DNA from: Nemertoderma westbladi
Lineage: Eukaryota; Animalia; Xenacoelomorpha
DNA: 64,000 nucleotides
Direction: 5' to 3'
Assembly (NCBI GenBank): GCA_032718475.1
Contig: JAUCBJ010002506.1
Location: 91,440 to 155,439 of the forward strand
The position numbers were made by a program, and so were the translations under genes. The notes under the pieces are model-generated. The model did no database searches and was not told the DNA's origin. It saw nothing but the letters and a program-made list of their open reading frames with translations. Below, piece by piece: positions 1-12,120 of this stretch (its first letter is position 1; every line of letters begins with the position of its first letter).

Positions 1-850
1 AAATGTCCCGAATGTGAAATTATTCTTCCATTTAGTTGTTTATGATCTGATTACGCTGAAACTTGTCATATATGTACTAGATGACATCCTGAGTCTTTGT
101 GTGGATTGTAATCGGTCCGAAGTTTTCCAGTCTCCCGCTAGAGGGCCACATGTCTAAACATTAAATGGCCACCCATTTCTTTGCTTTTAATCCGTTTAAG
201 CTGAAACTTGGGAAGTATGTACTAGACCATTAGCTGTAAATTTCAAAGGAGGCTAATCTGTCTGCAGTTCTCCAGTCTGCCGCTAGAGGGCGAAATGTCC
301 CGAATGTGAAATTATTCTTCCATTTAGTTGTTTATGATCTGATTACGCTGAAACTTGTCATATATGTACTAGAAGACATCCTAAGTCTTTGTGTGGACAG
401 TAATCGGTCCGGAGTTTTCGAGTCTGCCGCTAGAGGGCGAAATGTAGGAAAGTGATAACCTTTGCGAATTCCTTGATCTTAATCTATTTAAGCTGAATTT
501 TGGAATATACAGTACCGGTATGTACTAGACCACATGCCTCGTCTTTGTGAGGAAGGTGATCGATCCGTAGTTCTTTAATATGCCGCTAGAGGGCTAAATG
601 TATGAAAGTGAAAACCTTCCAACATTTCGTTATTTATGATCCGTCAATCGGAAACTTGGTAGATATGTAATAGACCATAGGATGTGGCTTTGTAGGGAAA
701 CTAATCCTTCCTTCTTCAGTTACCCAGTCTCCCGCTAGAGGGTTAACGTTTTCCGGGAAAATCTTCTCCTATGTTTTTATAATCCTTTCGAGTTGATACT
801 TAGCATTAACTCATTTCACGTGCTGCGCGAAGGCCCCACTTCGTGTATAG
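1..850 (+). mobile_element. 3' part of a Helentron/DINE-1-like non-autonomous element (HINE) with about 5 internal tandem repeats of ~147 bp
   Basis: Diverged units containing AAACTTG and ending in CCGCTAGAGGG(C) at 135, 280, 427, 583 and 732. The terminal motif GTGCTGCGCGAAGGCCCCAC..CGTGT (~820-847) recurs at ~14905, ~39107, ~17283 (partial) and, inverted, at ~53250-53280. Confidence 0.6.
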
Positions 851-1287
851 TAATATGTATTATATCAATATGTAATGCTGAACACAGAATACAGGTCGAC
901 GCATGTCGATTTTACCCTGGAGAGGTATAATTTTCATTGCAACAATAATATTCATCCCAATCTGCTACAATTTGAAGAAGACTATTACATAATAATACCT
1001 ATAATTAAAACAATTAATTATTATAATTCTATAGTTAATAAAAACAGTATATCATTCGGGGGATGGAATTTATAGGTCATCTAATTAATTGTTTAAAGAT
1101 TAGCAAACAATACGATGTAATTGCATTGATAAAACCCATAAATAAAACTTGGATATAAAATGTAAAATCGGGATGCAAAAGATCACTTTCTGAGCTACGA
1201 AAAGAAAATTGGATACAACTTGTCTGGATACAAGCGGTCCGTTTACCTTACAAAATGAAAAATACGAATGTGCGAAGTTAAGAACAG

Positions 1288-1421
1288 TCGGGGGGGAAAT
1301 GTCTGGGGGGGAAGTGTTTGGGGGGGAAGTGTCCGGGGGGGAAGTGTCCGGGGGGGAAGTGTCCGGGGGGTAAGTCTCCTACTTGAGCGGGGGGGGGGGG
1401 GGGGGGGAGTGTCCGAACACC
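1288..1421. repeat. G-rich (GGGGGGGAAGTGTCC)n array, probably one arm of a non-autonomous DNA transposon
   Basis: About five 15-bp units plus a poly-G run. It ends in TGTCCGAACACC, similar to the TGTCCGTACACC end of the 2909-3472 element. Confidence 0.6.
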
Positions 1422-2908
1422 CCGGAAAGACCTCTAAATTAGACAGACACTGGTGCGTTCGTGCATTCGGTTGTTTTTAATGCTAGGAAAGGGAGTTCTT
1501 GTCCAAATTAATAAACAGCTCGGACGCTCTGAGTGCCATTAGTTGAACTTGAGATAAATTACCTCCAATTATTAGAATTATGTTAAAGTATGCCAATTAA
1601 CGACAAAGGGTTACCAGCTGTGGTCCACATTATCTATAAATCATCATAAATTAGTAGGAATCCATCTGCTATGTGGTGGTATCAGTGGTGGGTGGAACCT
1701 AATGTCGCCTTCTTCCTCGTAATATGGTAAGGTCATCGTCCTGCAGGGCAGAGTGGCTTGTTTTTCTCGTCTGTAGCCAAGCAGGGTGATTGAACGATAA
1801 TGCGTTACCCTCTCCACTTTACTTAGCCTATATACAGTTCATCCTCTCCTCCCATGTCACATGGGCTTTGTAGTATGTTTGGAGTCATGAAGTGTTTGGG
1901 CTATTACTTGAATCCTTAATAGGCTTTCTGTCAAACAATAACAATTCGAATTGATAGCCCACTGATTATGCAAACAAAAACGACAGACAGTTAATATTTT
2001 GTCAATATTGGAGGTCATTCAATAATTCTTATGAGAAGGCATGCAGTACAGTGTTATTGCTATACATGGTTTAATATACCATAATTATTATATTTGGGTA
2101 TTTACCTATTCTATGTGATTATTGTCCATCTGTTTTTTGGATTTCAATAAAGCACCAATTATCGTCGTAAAATAAATTATATGATTTTAAAATATAATTT
2201 TGAACTTCAATTCATCATGTCGCACTTTATAAGAAATTTATTATTGGTGTTTTGGGTTAATGAGTGGTTACATATTATTATACTTGATAAGAAAGAATAC
2301 AGTTCCCGTCTTAATCGTTATTGTTGTAATCAGGTTTTATTAATTCGACTTGCATTGTAATCTATTTAATAAAGTGCTAGATTACAATACTGTAAATACA
2401 AATTCGTACGATGGCTGATAACAAACATGAGAAATTATTCTTAATATATTTGCAATTAAATTTTGTACGAATAGTCAAGAATAAAATAGCCTAGATATTT
2501 CCTATTAGCTTACCGGCTGCGCTAATCCACATGTAAGAAATTCAATATAATGTTTTGAATGTACAGTAGACCCGGGTTGCGGAAGGACTAAATCTTACAA
2601 AAGCAATATCATAAACAGAACTTCATATTTTGTCCGTTTTTTTTTACATTTTTTAATACTATTTTTGATAGATTTTTTACGATTTAGGTGACCCTATGTC
2701 GGTACCCCTATCTGTATTACCGTCCTGGTAGACTACAAACTTAGGCGTATCCACTACCGGTAACTGGTTTACTGTATATTCAGTTCATTAGGTCACGATT
2801 TGCATATTAAATATACTTAATAAAATAATAACTTAATATAAATAAATTAAATTAAATATAACTGCTATTCTATCACTGTATGCCTACTTTCCCTGCGTTG
2901 TTAACGAC

Positions 2909-3472
2909 GAAGTTAGGACAATTCTGACCCATTCAAAGATCGAATGAAATTTTCATGGGTCGGAATTGTCCGGGTCGGAATTGTCCGGATCCAAATAAAT
3001 AAAAATAATTAATATAAATTACCGGTAATCAAAACAAAAATCTGTGTTCCAGAACACTAATATTTTTCTTAATTGATAGCTAGTATGTTTTAGAACATTT
3101 TCAAAAAAATAGCAAAATCTAGCTATAACCTGTACATATACTAATTCGTTTAGTGGTGTGCCCCTAACCTCTGGTACCGTATTCATGCACATTCTGCAAA
3201 ATAATTCAACTGTATTTTTACATGGGATAACGCGATGGTACTGTCCAGAACGTCGAATATCACATGGACACAGCAATCTTATGTTGAATAATAAAACAAT
3301 GTAATGTTAAACAAAATTATTATTTATTATTATTATTATTATTAAATTATTTGGGTCGGAATTGTCCTATGCTGGATCCGGACAATTCCGACCCATGAAA
3401 ATTTCATTCGAGCTCTGAGTGGGTCGGAATTGTCCGGGTCGCAATTGTCCTGGTCGGAATTGTCCGTACACC
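2909..3472. mobile_element. Mutator-like MITE
   Basis: Inverted arms built from GGTCGGAATTGTCC units; 9-bp direct repeat GTTAACGAC at 2900-2908 and 3473-3481 (TSD). Confidence 0.75.
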
Positions 3473-4429
3473 GTTAACGACATTGCTTTTTGTTTTGGTT
3501 AGAAAAGTTGGCCGCCGCAACCTGCTACTTCCCTCCTTTTTTAATGACATTGGTTTAGATAGAAAAGCCTAAATGTCCCTGAAACCAGAAAAATCCACCC
3601 TCTAACCTGCTCCTTTCTCGAAAAAGTTAATAAAAACTTTGGAACACTTTCCAGGTTCAGCTAACTGGCCCTTCTATTCCCCAATATCAATGTCCAAATT
3701 CTGATAGAACAATTAATTAATCCATTTTGTTGTAATTATAGCTATTACTTTCCGTTATCTTTTATTGTCCAGGACTTTGATCAACGCAATTATTATTATA
3801 TTTGCCCAACTCGATTTAGTTTGTATACTTTGTACAAGTTCAGTTCTAGGGTACAGATACTTCTAACGCTTTCAATATGCAGAACAAATATTGAATATTA
3901 TTACAAAATAGATACATTCGCAGTCACAATGCACGCGAACAACGGAACGGAATAGTAGTCAATCTAGCATAAAACCCAAAAGCAATTCAACCCGAACCAC
4001 ATTTTTTTATTCTCTATACTTTGTGTTAAATTAAATAAAAGTATATTCAAATTATTTTTGTTTATCATATAATTATTTACTGAAATTCTTCGCGAAGACA
4101 AATAAAATGTACAAACTACAACCACCGCATTAAGGCACTTACAAAGTATTGACATTAAAATTCATAACAAATTTTAAGATCATTTGTATTGTATTGTATT
4201 GTATTGTATAGGGTTTTAGGGCCCACCAGAGTTTTTGCTGTTATATTTCACTTTGCAGTTTACCCCCATGTGAAGAATACCAGGTTTTCACTAAAACAAT
4301 AAGAATAATTAATCACAGAATAAATAAGCGCTATAAAACACTGAAAACGTTAAAACCTGGTATTCTAATTAAGCAACGCTTACCGGAGTAAAGTAGCATT
4401 AATTTAACTATAATGAACGATTCCCCGTA

Positions 4430-5205
4430 CTTAGTTCCAATTTAAGCCTCATGCGAATTTAGTTCCAATCGCAACGAATTTAGTTCCAATTTAGGCGAAC
4501 TTAGTTCCAATAACTAGAGAAAAACGAAAACGAATTTAGTTCCAATGCATGCGAATTTAGTTCCAATGTATGCGAATTTAGTTCCAATGTATGCGAATTT
4601 AGTTCCAATGGAAGCGAATTTAGTTCCAATGGATGCGAATTTAGTTCCAATGGATGCGAATTTAGTTCCAATGGAAGCGAATTTAGTTCCATTAGAAGCG
4701 AATTTAGTTCCAATTCAGGCGAACTTAGTTCCAATAACTAGAGAAAAACGAAAACGAATTTAGTTCCAATGGATGCAAATTTAGTTCCAATGGATGCGAA
4801 TTTAGTTCCAATGGATGCGCATTTAGTTCCAATGCATGCGAATTTAGTTCCAATGGAAGCGAATTTAGTTCCAATGGAAGCGAATTTAGTTCCAATGGAA
4901 GCGAATTTAGTTCCAATGGATGCGAATTTAGTTCCAATGGATGCGAATTTAGTTCCATTAGAAGCGAATTTAGTTCCAATTCAGGCGAACTTAGTTCCAA
5001 TAACTAGAGAAAAACGAAAACGAATTTAGTTCCAATGGATGCAAATTTAGTTCCAATGGATGCGAATTTAGTTCCAATGGATGCGCATTTAGTTCCAATG
5101 CATGCGAATTTAGTTCCAATGGAAGCGAATTTAGTTCCAATGGAAGCGAATTTAGTTCCAATGGATGCGAATTTAGTTCCAATGGAAGCGAATTTAGTTC
5201 CAATG
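4430..5205 (+). repeat. 21-bp minisatellite with higher-order units of 224 and 266 bp
   Basis: Marker unit TTAGTTCCAATAACTAGAGAAAAACG at 4501, 4725 and 4991. Confidence 0.95.
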
Positions 5206-5941
5206 TTTCAGGTGTGGGGCGAACCACGTAGTTGGTGAAGAATCTGTTTAATGAATGACACTATTAGGTGGATGGTTAAATAATAATTGTAAATAATTAA
5301 CCCAAAACGCCCACTCCTAACCAAAACAATCTTATCCCAAACAACGCCCAACCTCTTAACCCAAACAATTAAATTTATATATTTAATCATTTAAAATTAT
5401 ATAATATGTATATACTATATATACTGTAATATGTAATATGTAAAAAAACAACGCCAAGCTCTTAACCCAAACTACGACCAACCTCCTAACCCGAATAATG
5501 CCCATCCACCTAAACCGAAACAACTGGTAAATATTGTATTTGGTGTGAAAATGGCACAATGTGTATAACTTGGAGAATATAATACAGACTCAGTCAGTCA
5601 GTATCAGTATACTCGTGATTAATATATATTTCAAAATGTGTAATTATAGATTTAATTCATTAATAATAATTCGTTTTTTAATAATGACAGAAGGGTTTTA
5701 CAATTATTTACAATTATTGTTGACCCTGACCCACCCCAAATAGTGGCAATAATCAATAGGCTTCGCCTACTACGTGGCTATCGCCACGATTGAAACATTG
5801 GAACTAACTTCGTACTCATTGGAACTAAATTCGCTTCCATTGAAACTAAATTCGCATGCATTGGAACTAAATTCGCATGCATTGGAACTAAATTCGCTTC
5901 CATTGGAACTAAATTCGCATGCATTGGAACTAAATTCGCAT
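4430..5941. mobile_element. Non-autonomous foldback element (copy A) with inverted terminal arrays of a 21-bp repeat
   Basis: (GCGAATTTAGTTCCAATGGAW)n at 4430-5205 and its inverse at 5795-5941. Internal sequence is homologous to 33950-35220. Confidence 0.8.
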
Positions 5942-6423
5942 ACATACATACTATATTAACTATATTTTCTGGTGCTTAATAATAATAATAATAATAATAA
6001 TAAATTTAACTATAATGTATTGCATAGCAATAAATTGTTCTGTACATAAACAAATGTAATAAAGAAAAAACAAAAGATAATTTATTGCAAACGCAAGTAC
6101 GGAATAAGTTTAATAAGTGAGTTGGATTGAGTTGCATTTATTCCGGTATATCCTGGGCTGTATGGTTTGTCCGGATTGCTGCCCAAAAATGTGTCAAAAT
6201 TACCTTTGAAATTGAAAGTGTCGAGGGAATAATCAGACATCGGAGCACAAAGAAACGGCCCCTACAAGTTATCATTATTATGTATTCCAGTAAGTTGTTT
6301 TTATTTTGTGATCAGTAAGATTTGGGAACTTTGTTATTTAATATTTTCCAGATGTATTATTATTAGGTACCTTTCAAGTGAATTTATAATATAATATATT
6401 TAAGAATAGACGTGTGTTGCGCG

Positions 6424-7665
6424 TTGCGCAATCATTAGTTTTTAATTATTTAATGATGCAATATTTTATTATCAGTATTCAGTGCTAACCTCGCTGATAG
6501 CTGTTGTGAGATTGCCGTTACACACATCTGCCCGCAAATCTAGAATTATTAGGAACTGGCAGCTCCGAGCTGAGATGTTAGTATTAGATAAAGGAAAGAA
6601 TTTGGGGAGGGGCGATCCTCAGCGTCCAGGGTATTTTCCATTCTCCTTGAAATTCATCCCTAACACCCAACTAGTTGATGCGATGCTTGTACAGATAGGT
6701 CTCTGACCGCTGGGGCAAGGAATGATTTGCCAACAGTTTCCTATCAAATAATCAAGGCTCTTCTACTTGGTTCTCTTGCCTGCGGTTGTTATGACGTTTC
6801 AGTGAATAGCCAATCACATCACTTTCCAGCCATCAACTAACTGCAAGCTAAGAAAAAATGTTCGCCCAGCTGGGTGGCACTGTTATATGGTTGGCTGATG
6901 CAATTATGGGCTGATGCTTGAATCCTGGATTGTGGTTGGCTGTCTTTATGGTACAGTGGCCTTATTATAACCTTGGAACACAGCGCCCCTTAGACTCATT
7001 GTGCATATCAGCTGGGTATGCTGTATATGTGCCAGGGCTGTGTTGTGGTTAACTACTTGATTTCGTAATCATTATCATATTAATCTACTAATGCAGTAGA
7101 ACATTTACATAGTTCGCATTGTGTAATACTGTAGCAGTAAACTGATTTTGGCTTGCGCTCTGCAACCCTTTAATTTACTGTATGTACTTTGTACAGCCGA
7201 TTGTGAACTCACATTTGAGTATTAGATCCACCCCCACCCCACCCCATTCATACCGTATCTAATCTATAATATTTTTAACCTAACCCACCGTTGCGGTGTG
7301 ATGGTCCTTTAATGTGCATATTCCAGTATTCACCTTCAACCTAACACCTAGTTTGTAGTTCATTGTTATAGGCCTACCTGCCTAGTAATAATATAATACA
7401 TGGCAAATTAAATGTCATAGATTATAACAATATAACAAGTACTGTAGGCCTACAAACTCTATTCAACTACCTAGCTGCCTAGCTCCACAGAAATCTTCGC
7501 ACATACATCTGCTTGTCATGGTGATGTAACTTACGCTTAGGTGCGAGCTATTATTTGATAGGGCACTAGGGCAGTGCCTTAGTTACCATTCCATGTTACG
7601 TTTATCACTCGGGAGATTGTGCTTGCTAGCTCTATGACGGTGCGATGCTGACTGGCTGATGCAAT
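6424..7665 (+). promoter_or_regulatory. Cluster of C/EBP-ATF (CARE/AARE) elements upstream of sestrin
   Basis: TGATGCAAT at 6454-6462, 6896-6904 and 7657-7665 (the last two as TGGCTGATGCAAT); C/EBP palindrome TTGCGCAA at 6424-6431. Sestrins are established ATF4 targets. Confidence 0.6.
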
Positions 7666-8468
7666 CTATTCAGTGATTTTGGCATTACAATTAATTCAAC
7701 CATTATGCGGTCCCTCCCTATTCTCGGCAGGTTAGGGGAAAAACTCATTCAGTGTAGTTCCTTTACTTGTGATATCCAATCATCTAATAGACAAAATGTG
7801 ATTCGCTGGCTGGTGCCATTGGAACATTAATGGGAGGAGTTCTCATTTTGCTGCCCAGCTAGGGTTTTTCCTGGTATTAGATTCCAAACAGCCAAATATG
7901 CGTGTCAGTTGTTGAAACTGGGATATACCGTAATTCCGTGGACGTAACAATATATACCTATACATTATGTCAGTATGTACCTAGTAACAAACCCATTGCC
8001 ATTTAGATATTAGTTATTACTGCGCGGTCTACCCTTCGCCTCGCCCCGTTATGTATCCTTGGTTATCCTGTCAGTTGGTCAGTCTTTGTGTCAACAAGCC
8101 ACTGTCACTTGCTGCTAACTGACTACAGGACTAATGTCAACATGACCAAACCACCACGCATGACGCATTTTATCAGTTTATATGTGCTATAAACTAATGT
8201 ACCAACATTAGTGATGGGCTTTGTATGGTATATTGGCTTCAGATTTGTTTTTGTAAATTTGGTTACTGTAAATGTAACTTGTAACTATTTCTGTATATAA
8301 GTAAGTGTAAGTAACTGTAACGTTGGTATATTCGCTACCGGTAGGCTGTTTGTTTATTTGTGTTATGCTGTTATGCGATATTATATTTTGGAGCGCATGT
8401 CTTCCGCCCGCCAACGTACTGGGTTATTGATTTAAAATAGCCAAACAGTTTGTTGTTACGTCGTTGCC

Positions 8469-10100
8469 ATGACGGCGACACAATCACCCACAGACTACAT
8501 CTTCTTGGACGTGTTTCGAGGGGATACCGAGGTCAAGCGGGAAGGGGCCATGTCGCGAATCCGAACGGCTATATCGTGCAGCACAGTGGCCGAGCGTCCC
8601 GGTATACAGGATATTCTGCCGGTTATCCTTCGTCTCTCAGTGCAGTCGCCCTTCAAGGACGTCCGCGAGGGCTGCCACTCGATCCTACAGATCGCTCGCA
8701 CCCTCGGGTTCAATCTCCCTAAACCCGCGACCACGGTCTCCAAGTTCATACCCCCGTCGGGGTACGACTCGCGGGACGCGGAGGTCCCCGTCCCCGGGGA
8801 CACCGACACCGAGGAGGTACACGGCTACTACGTGGACCTCTACAAACTGTCTGGACGCGTGGACAACGTCATACAGGTGCTGGCCCTGCATCCGCGATAC
8901 CTACGATGCTTCCTAGAGGCGCACGCCTTCCTGGTGACTGGTAAGCAGTCGCCGTTGTTGTTTAAGGAGCGGGAGTTTATTGGGTTGATAGCCGCGAGTA
9001 GGATGAAGTGCGATCCGTTGCAGGAGTTGCAGAAACAGCGGTTCCTAGCCGCTGGTGGGTCGCGGGAATGGCTGGACGAAGAGTTGCGAGACGGTTACCG
9101 CTGTCTGTCGCAGCTCGATAGAGTGCTCGCCTACAGACCATGGTTGCTAGGGAACAAGGAGACCTCTGAGTTGCTACGCACGTTGCGGAAGACCTTTCAT
9201 AACCAGAAGTTGGTACACGCGGGGGTGCTTCTGTGTCACTTCCACTGTCTGGCCGGGTTGTACCACGGTTGCGGTGTCAATGTAGAGATCGACTTCCCGG
9301 GGGGTTGGAAATTCGATAGGAATCACTCGCCTCCTGTGGGGGGCGATTCGCCGCCTCACAGCGGACGCAGGTTGTCTGTGAGCGACCCGTTGGGCGGCGG
9401 GATGCTGAACGGGCACGACGGCGGCGGGGACGAGCAACTGCAGTTGGTACAGATGATGCGGGATTCTGTGTCGACGCAGAGCAGTAAGGGGATCTCCCGG
9501 GAGGAGAATCGGCGGGCGTTCAGCGCGTTGGGACGGGGGGGCGTGAGTCCGACGAGTCCGAGCGACGGGGGGCGGGCCGCGGGGGGCCGACAGGGGGCTT
9601 CGAGGTACGCGGTCAGCACCGAGTACGGGTACGTGGACCCGGAAGTCTGCGACGAGAATACCACGACGGCGAACGCGGAATGGCATTGGGAGTCGCACGG
9701 CTACGGGATCCTCGAGAAGTACATGGACGAGTTGCCGCTGCTAATGGAAGCGCGTTTCGAACGCGCCCAGAGACTCACCTACTTCAACATCGGTGAGTGG
9801 GCGGAGAGGGAGGACACAATACCTTTCCGCAACGCCGTCTGGTACTTCGTTCACCGTCTCTTCGGCATCCTCCACGACAACTTCAACTACAAGAACAGTG
9901 AGCTTCTTCTCAATCCCAAGATCAAGCGTTACATCACGCTGGTCGCCTGTCAGCCCCACAAGGTTTGCTACAAGGACTACTCGCAAGGCCGCGGTAATTT
10001 ATTCAGACACTCGGAAATGGTGCACATAAATATTATGATCATGGAGGCCAAACTCCAAGCTCAGCTTCTCTACTTCCTAAAAGCTATCTCCTTATGGTAA
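8469..10100 (+). CDS. SESN: Sestrin (PA26 family), 543 aa, single coding exon
   Basis: Sestrin motifs: LPVILRLSVQSPFKDVRE N-terminal extension, SKFIP, GRVDNVIQVLALHPRYL, AASRMKC, LAYRPWL, HGCG, WESHGY, LTY..DT..FR.A.W...H.LFGI.HD, FRHSEMVHINIMIMEAKLQAQLLYFLKAI. Kozak-like GCCATG; AATAAA at ~10542. Confidence 0.95.
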   Translation: MTATQSPTDYIFLDVFRGDTEVKREGAMSRIRTAISCSTVAERPGIQDILPVILRLSVQSPFKDVREGCHSILQIARTLGFNLPKPATTVSKFIPPSGYDSRDAEVPVPGDTDTEEVHGYYVDLYKLSGRVDNVIQVLALHPRYLRCFLEAHAFLVTGKQSPLLFKEREFIGLIAASRMKCDPLQELQKQRFLAAGGSREWLDEELRDGYRCLSQLDRVLAYRPWLLGNKETSELLRTLRKTFHNQKLVHAGVLLCHFHCLAGLYHGCGVNVEIDFPGGWKFDRNHSPPVGGDSPPHSGRRLSVSDPLGGGMLNGHDGGGDEQLQLVQMMRDSVSTQSSKGISREENRRAFSALGRGGVSPTSPSDGGRAAGGRQGASRYAVSTEYGYVDPEVCDENTTTANAEWHWESHGYGILEKYMDELPLLMEARFERAQRLTYFNIGEWAEREDTIPFRNAVWYFVHRLFGILHDNFNYKNSELLLNPKIKRYITLVACQPHKVCYKDYSQGRGNLFRHSEMVHINIMIMEAKLQAQLLYFLKAISLW

Positions 10101-10655
10101 AACTTATTTCTTCTTTTTTTTAATAGTCTCATTTATATATTATATTTTAATTCAATTATAATGAAAGCAATTATTGTCATTATTGATTATGTTGGCTATA
10201 AGATATGAGAATTTGGGAATAGTAAGAAGACTTGCGGATGTAATGTTGTCTCGACTGCCATATTGAACTGCGTTTCGGTAAATAGGATTTATTTAGCGTA
10301 CAAAATTGTCAAATGTGTAAATATATATTATTCCATGATAGGTTCCTTATTGCATTGTTGTTTGTGTTAGCGGACTTTTTTTTGTATGTTCTACTGTCAG
10401 CCCATCGCATTATTACCAAGTCGGCAAGTAAGTAGTCAATGTTGTTAGCGTGTATAGTGAACTGTGGTAATATACCAATACTGCTATACTAACTATATCG
10501 TTATAATAGTAATATTATTACTTTGTAAAATTAAAATTATTAATAAAAAATATATTTATAGGTATTCCAAGTTGGTATAATAATTATTGAGTTTTCAAAT
10601 TCCAATTAGTTCAGAAGTCCAGTCCCGGGGATTTAAATCTGAAAATTGCGTACAT

Positions 10656-10697
10656 CCATGGAATGCTATATAGAGATCTCTATATAGCATTCCATGG
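10656..10697. mobile_element. 42-bp perfect palindromic micro-insertion with 5-bp TSD
   Basis: CCATGGAATGCTATATAGAGA|TCTCTATATAGCATTCCATGG flanked by TACAT at 10651-10655 and 10698-10702. Confidence 0.8.
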
Positions 10698-12120
10698 TAC
10701 ATCACAGGGTTATGAAAATTCTATGATTTTTCGTAGGTAATCCAAGGCGTACTATATACAAGGCCATGCCATCGAGTTAACTGGGGGCAATATTTTTTTA
10801 CAACAATTTGATATTTTGATATGGGGAGAGTTCTATAAATTTTTATTTGCTGCAATTTGGTCAACGGTCGTAATTGAAGCCTCCTCGTTAAGTAAGATAC
10901 AAAATTATATAGTAGCTAGTGTTTTAGGTAGGTTTAACTAGTAATTTCGACACTGGTTCCGACATCCTACTTCCTTCTATAAATATTTTTTAGTAGCTAG
11001 TTCTTTTTACTATGTGTATAGAAAATGTTCCAGAATATGTTAGCTATTCATTTAAAAAAATATGTTCTAGAAGAAATATTTTTTGTTCTAGAACATTTTT
11101 TAGAAAAAAATCTGGATTCTAATTAAAACGCATGGAATCGTTTTAAATCGTGTTTAAAATCAATAAAAAAAATTTCACAATTTAAAAAAAAAAAATTTTT
11201 CACAATTTATTTTATTGATTTTAAACACGTTTTAGAACGATTCCATTCGTTTTAAATAGAATCCAGATTTGTTTCTAAAAAATGTTCTAGAACAAAAAAT
11301 ATTTGTTCTAGAACATAATTTTTTTAAAAATGAATAGCTAACATATTCTGGAAGATTTTCTATACAAATAGTAATAAGAACTAGCTAATACAAAAAATTT
11401 ATAGAGGGAAGTAGGATGTCGGAACCTATGGCGTCTGATTTGAGCCAAAATACCTTAGAATTACAAATGTGTACCTTACATTTTTCATTAGCTTATATTT
11501 ATAAGCATCGCTTAAAAGTATGGTATTTTATTGCATTTGAATTTATACATCGCTTAAAAGTAAGCTATGTTTTATGTAGTTGACTTTAATAAATCGCTTT
11601 AAATAAGGTATTTTTTACAAGTTCTGTTAATACATCGCTTAAAAGTAAGCTATGTTTATGTAGTTGACTTTAATAAATCGCTTTAAATAAGGTATTTAAT
11701 TGCAGTTCTGTTCCAACATTGCTTAAAATGAAGTATGTGTTTATGCAGTAAAATAGTTTAATGTAAGCTATGTTTTTGCAGTGTTTCGTCCAATCAAATG
11801 CGTTGTTGACAATATCTGTAATTAGTAAATAGATCACGAGAGGGCGCTCTTGAGCAATTGTTGTGTTCCAGTATTCGATCAGCAAAATCGAATTTCTGAT
11901 ATGTAGGGTACACGGTACGGACAGTACGGTTAACAGTATTGTTACAGAGTACTGCAGTAGCCAGTAGGTATGTCATCTGAAAATTTCATCTTTGAAATTG
12001 AGAGCCTAATACGGAGGTGAAAACAAATTGCAGATGATACATATAAGCAGCAACTACTTTGATGCCGAGCAATAGGTAAACTTAATAACCAATGCAGCCA
12101 TTCACGGACGCTTCGATTTA

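Noticed and set aside
4501-5959. ANLVPM / LELNS repeat ORFs
   Set aside because: Translations of the 21-bp minisatellite in transposon arms.
7000-8450. p53 response element upstream of sestrin
   Set aside because: No convincing paired RRRCWWGYYY half-sites found by eye.
8450-10029. Overlapping and antisense ORFs within sestrin (and likewise within pol, TFIIIA and the MANSC gene)
   Set aside because: Shadow ORFs expected from GC-rich coding sequence; no motifs.
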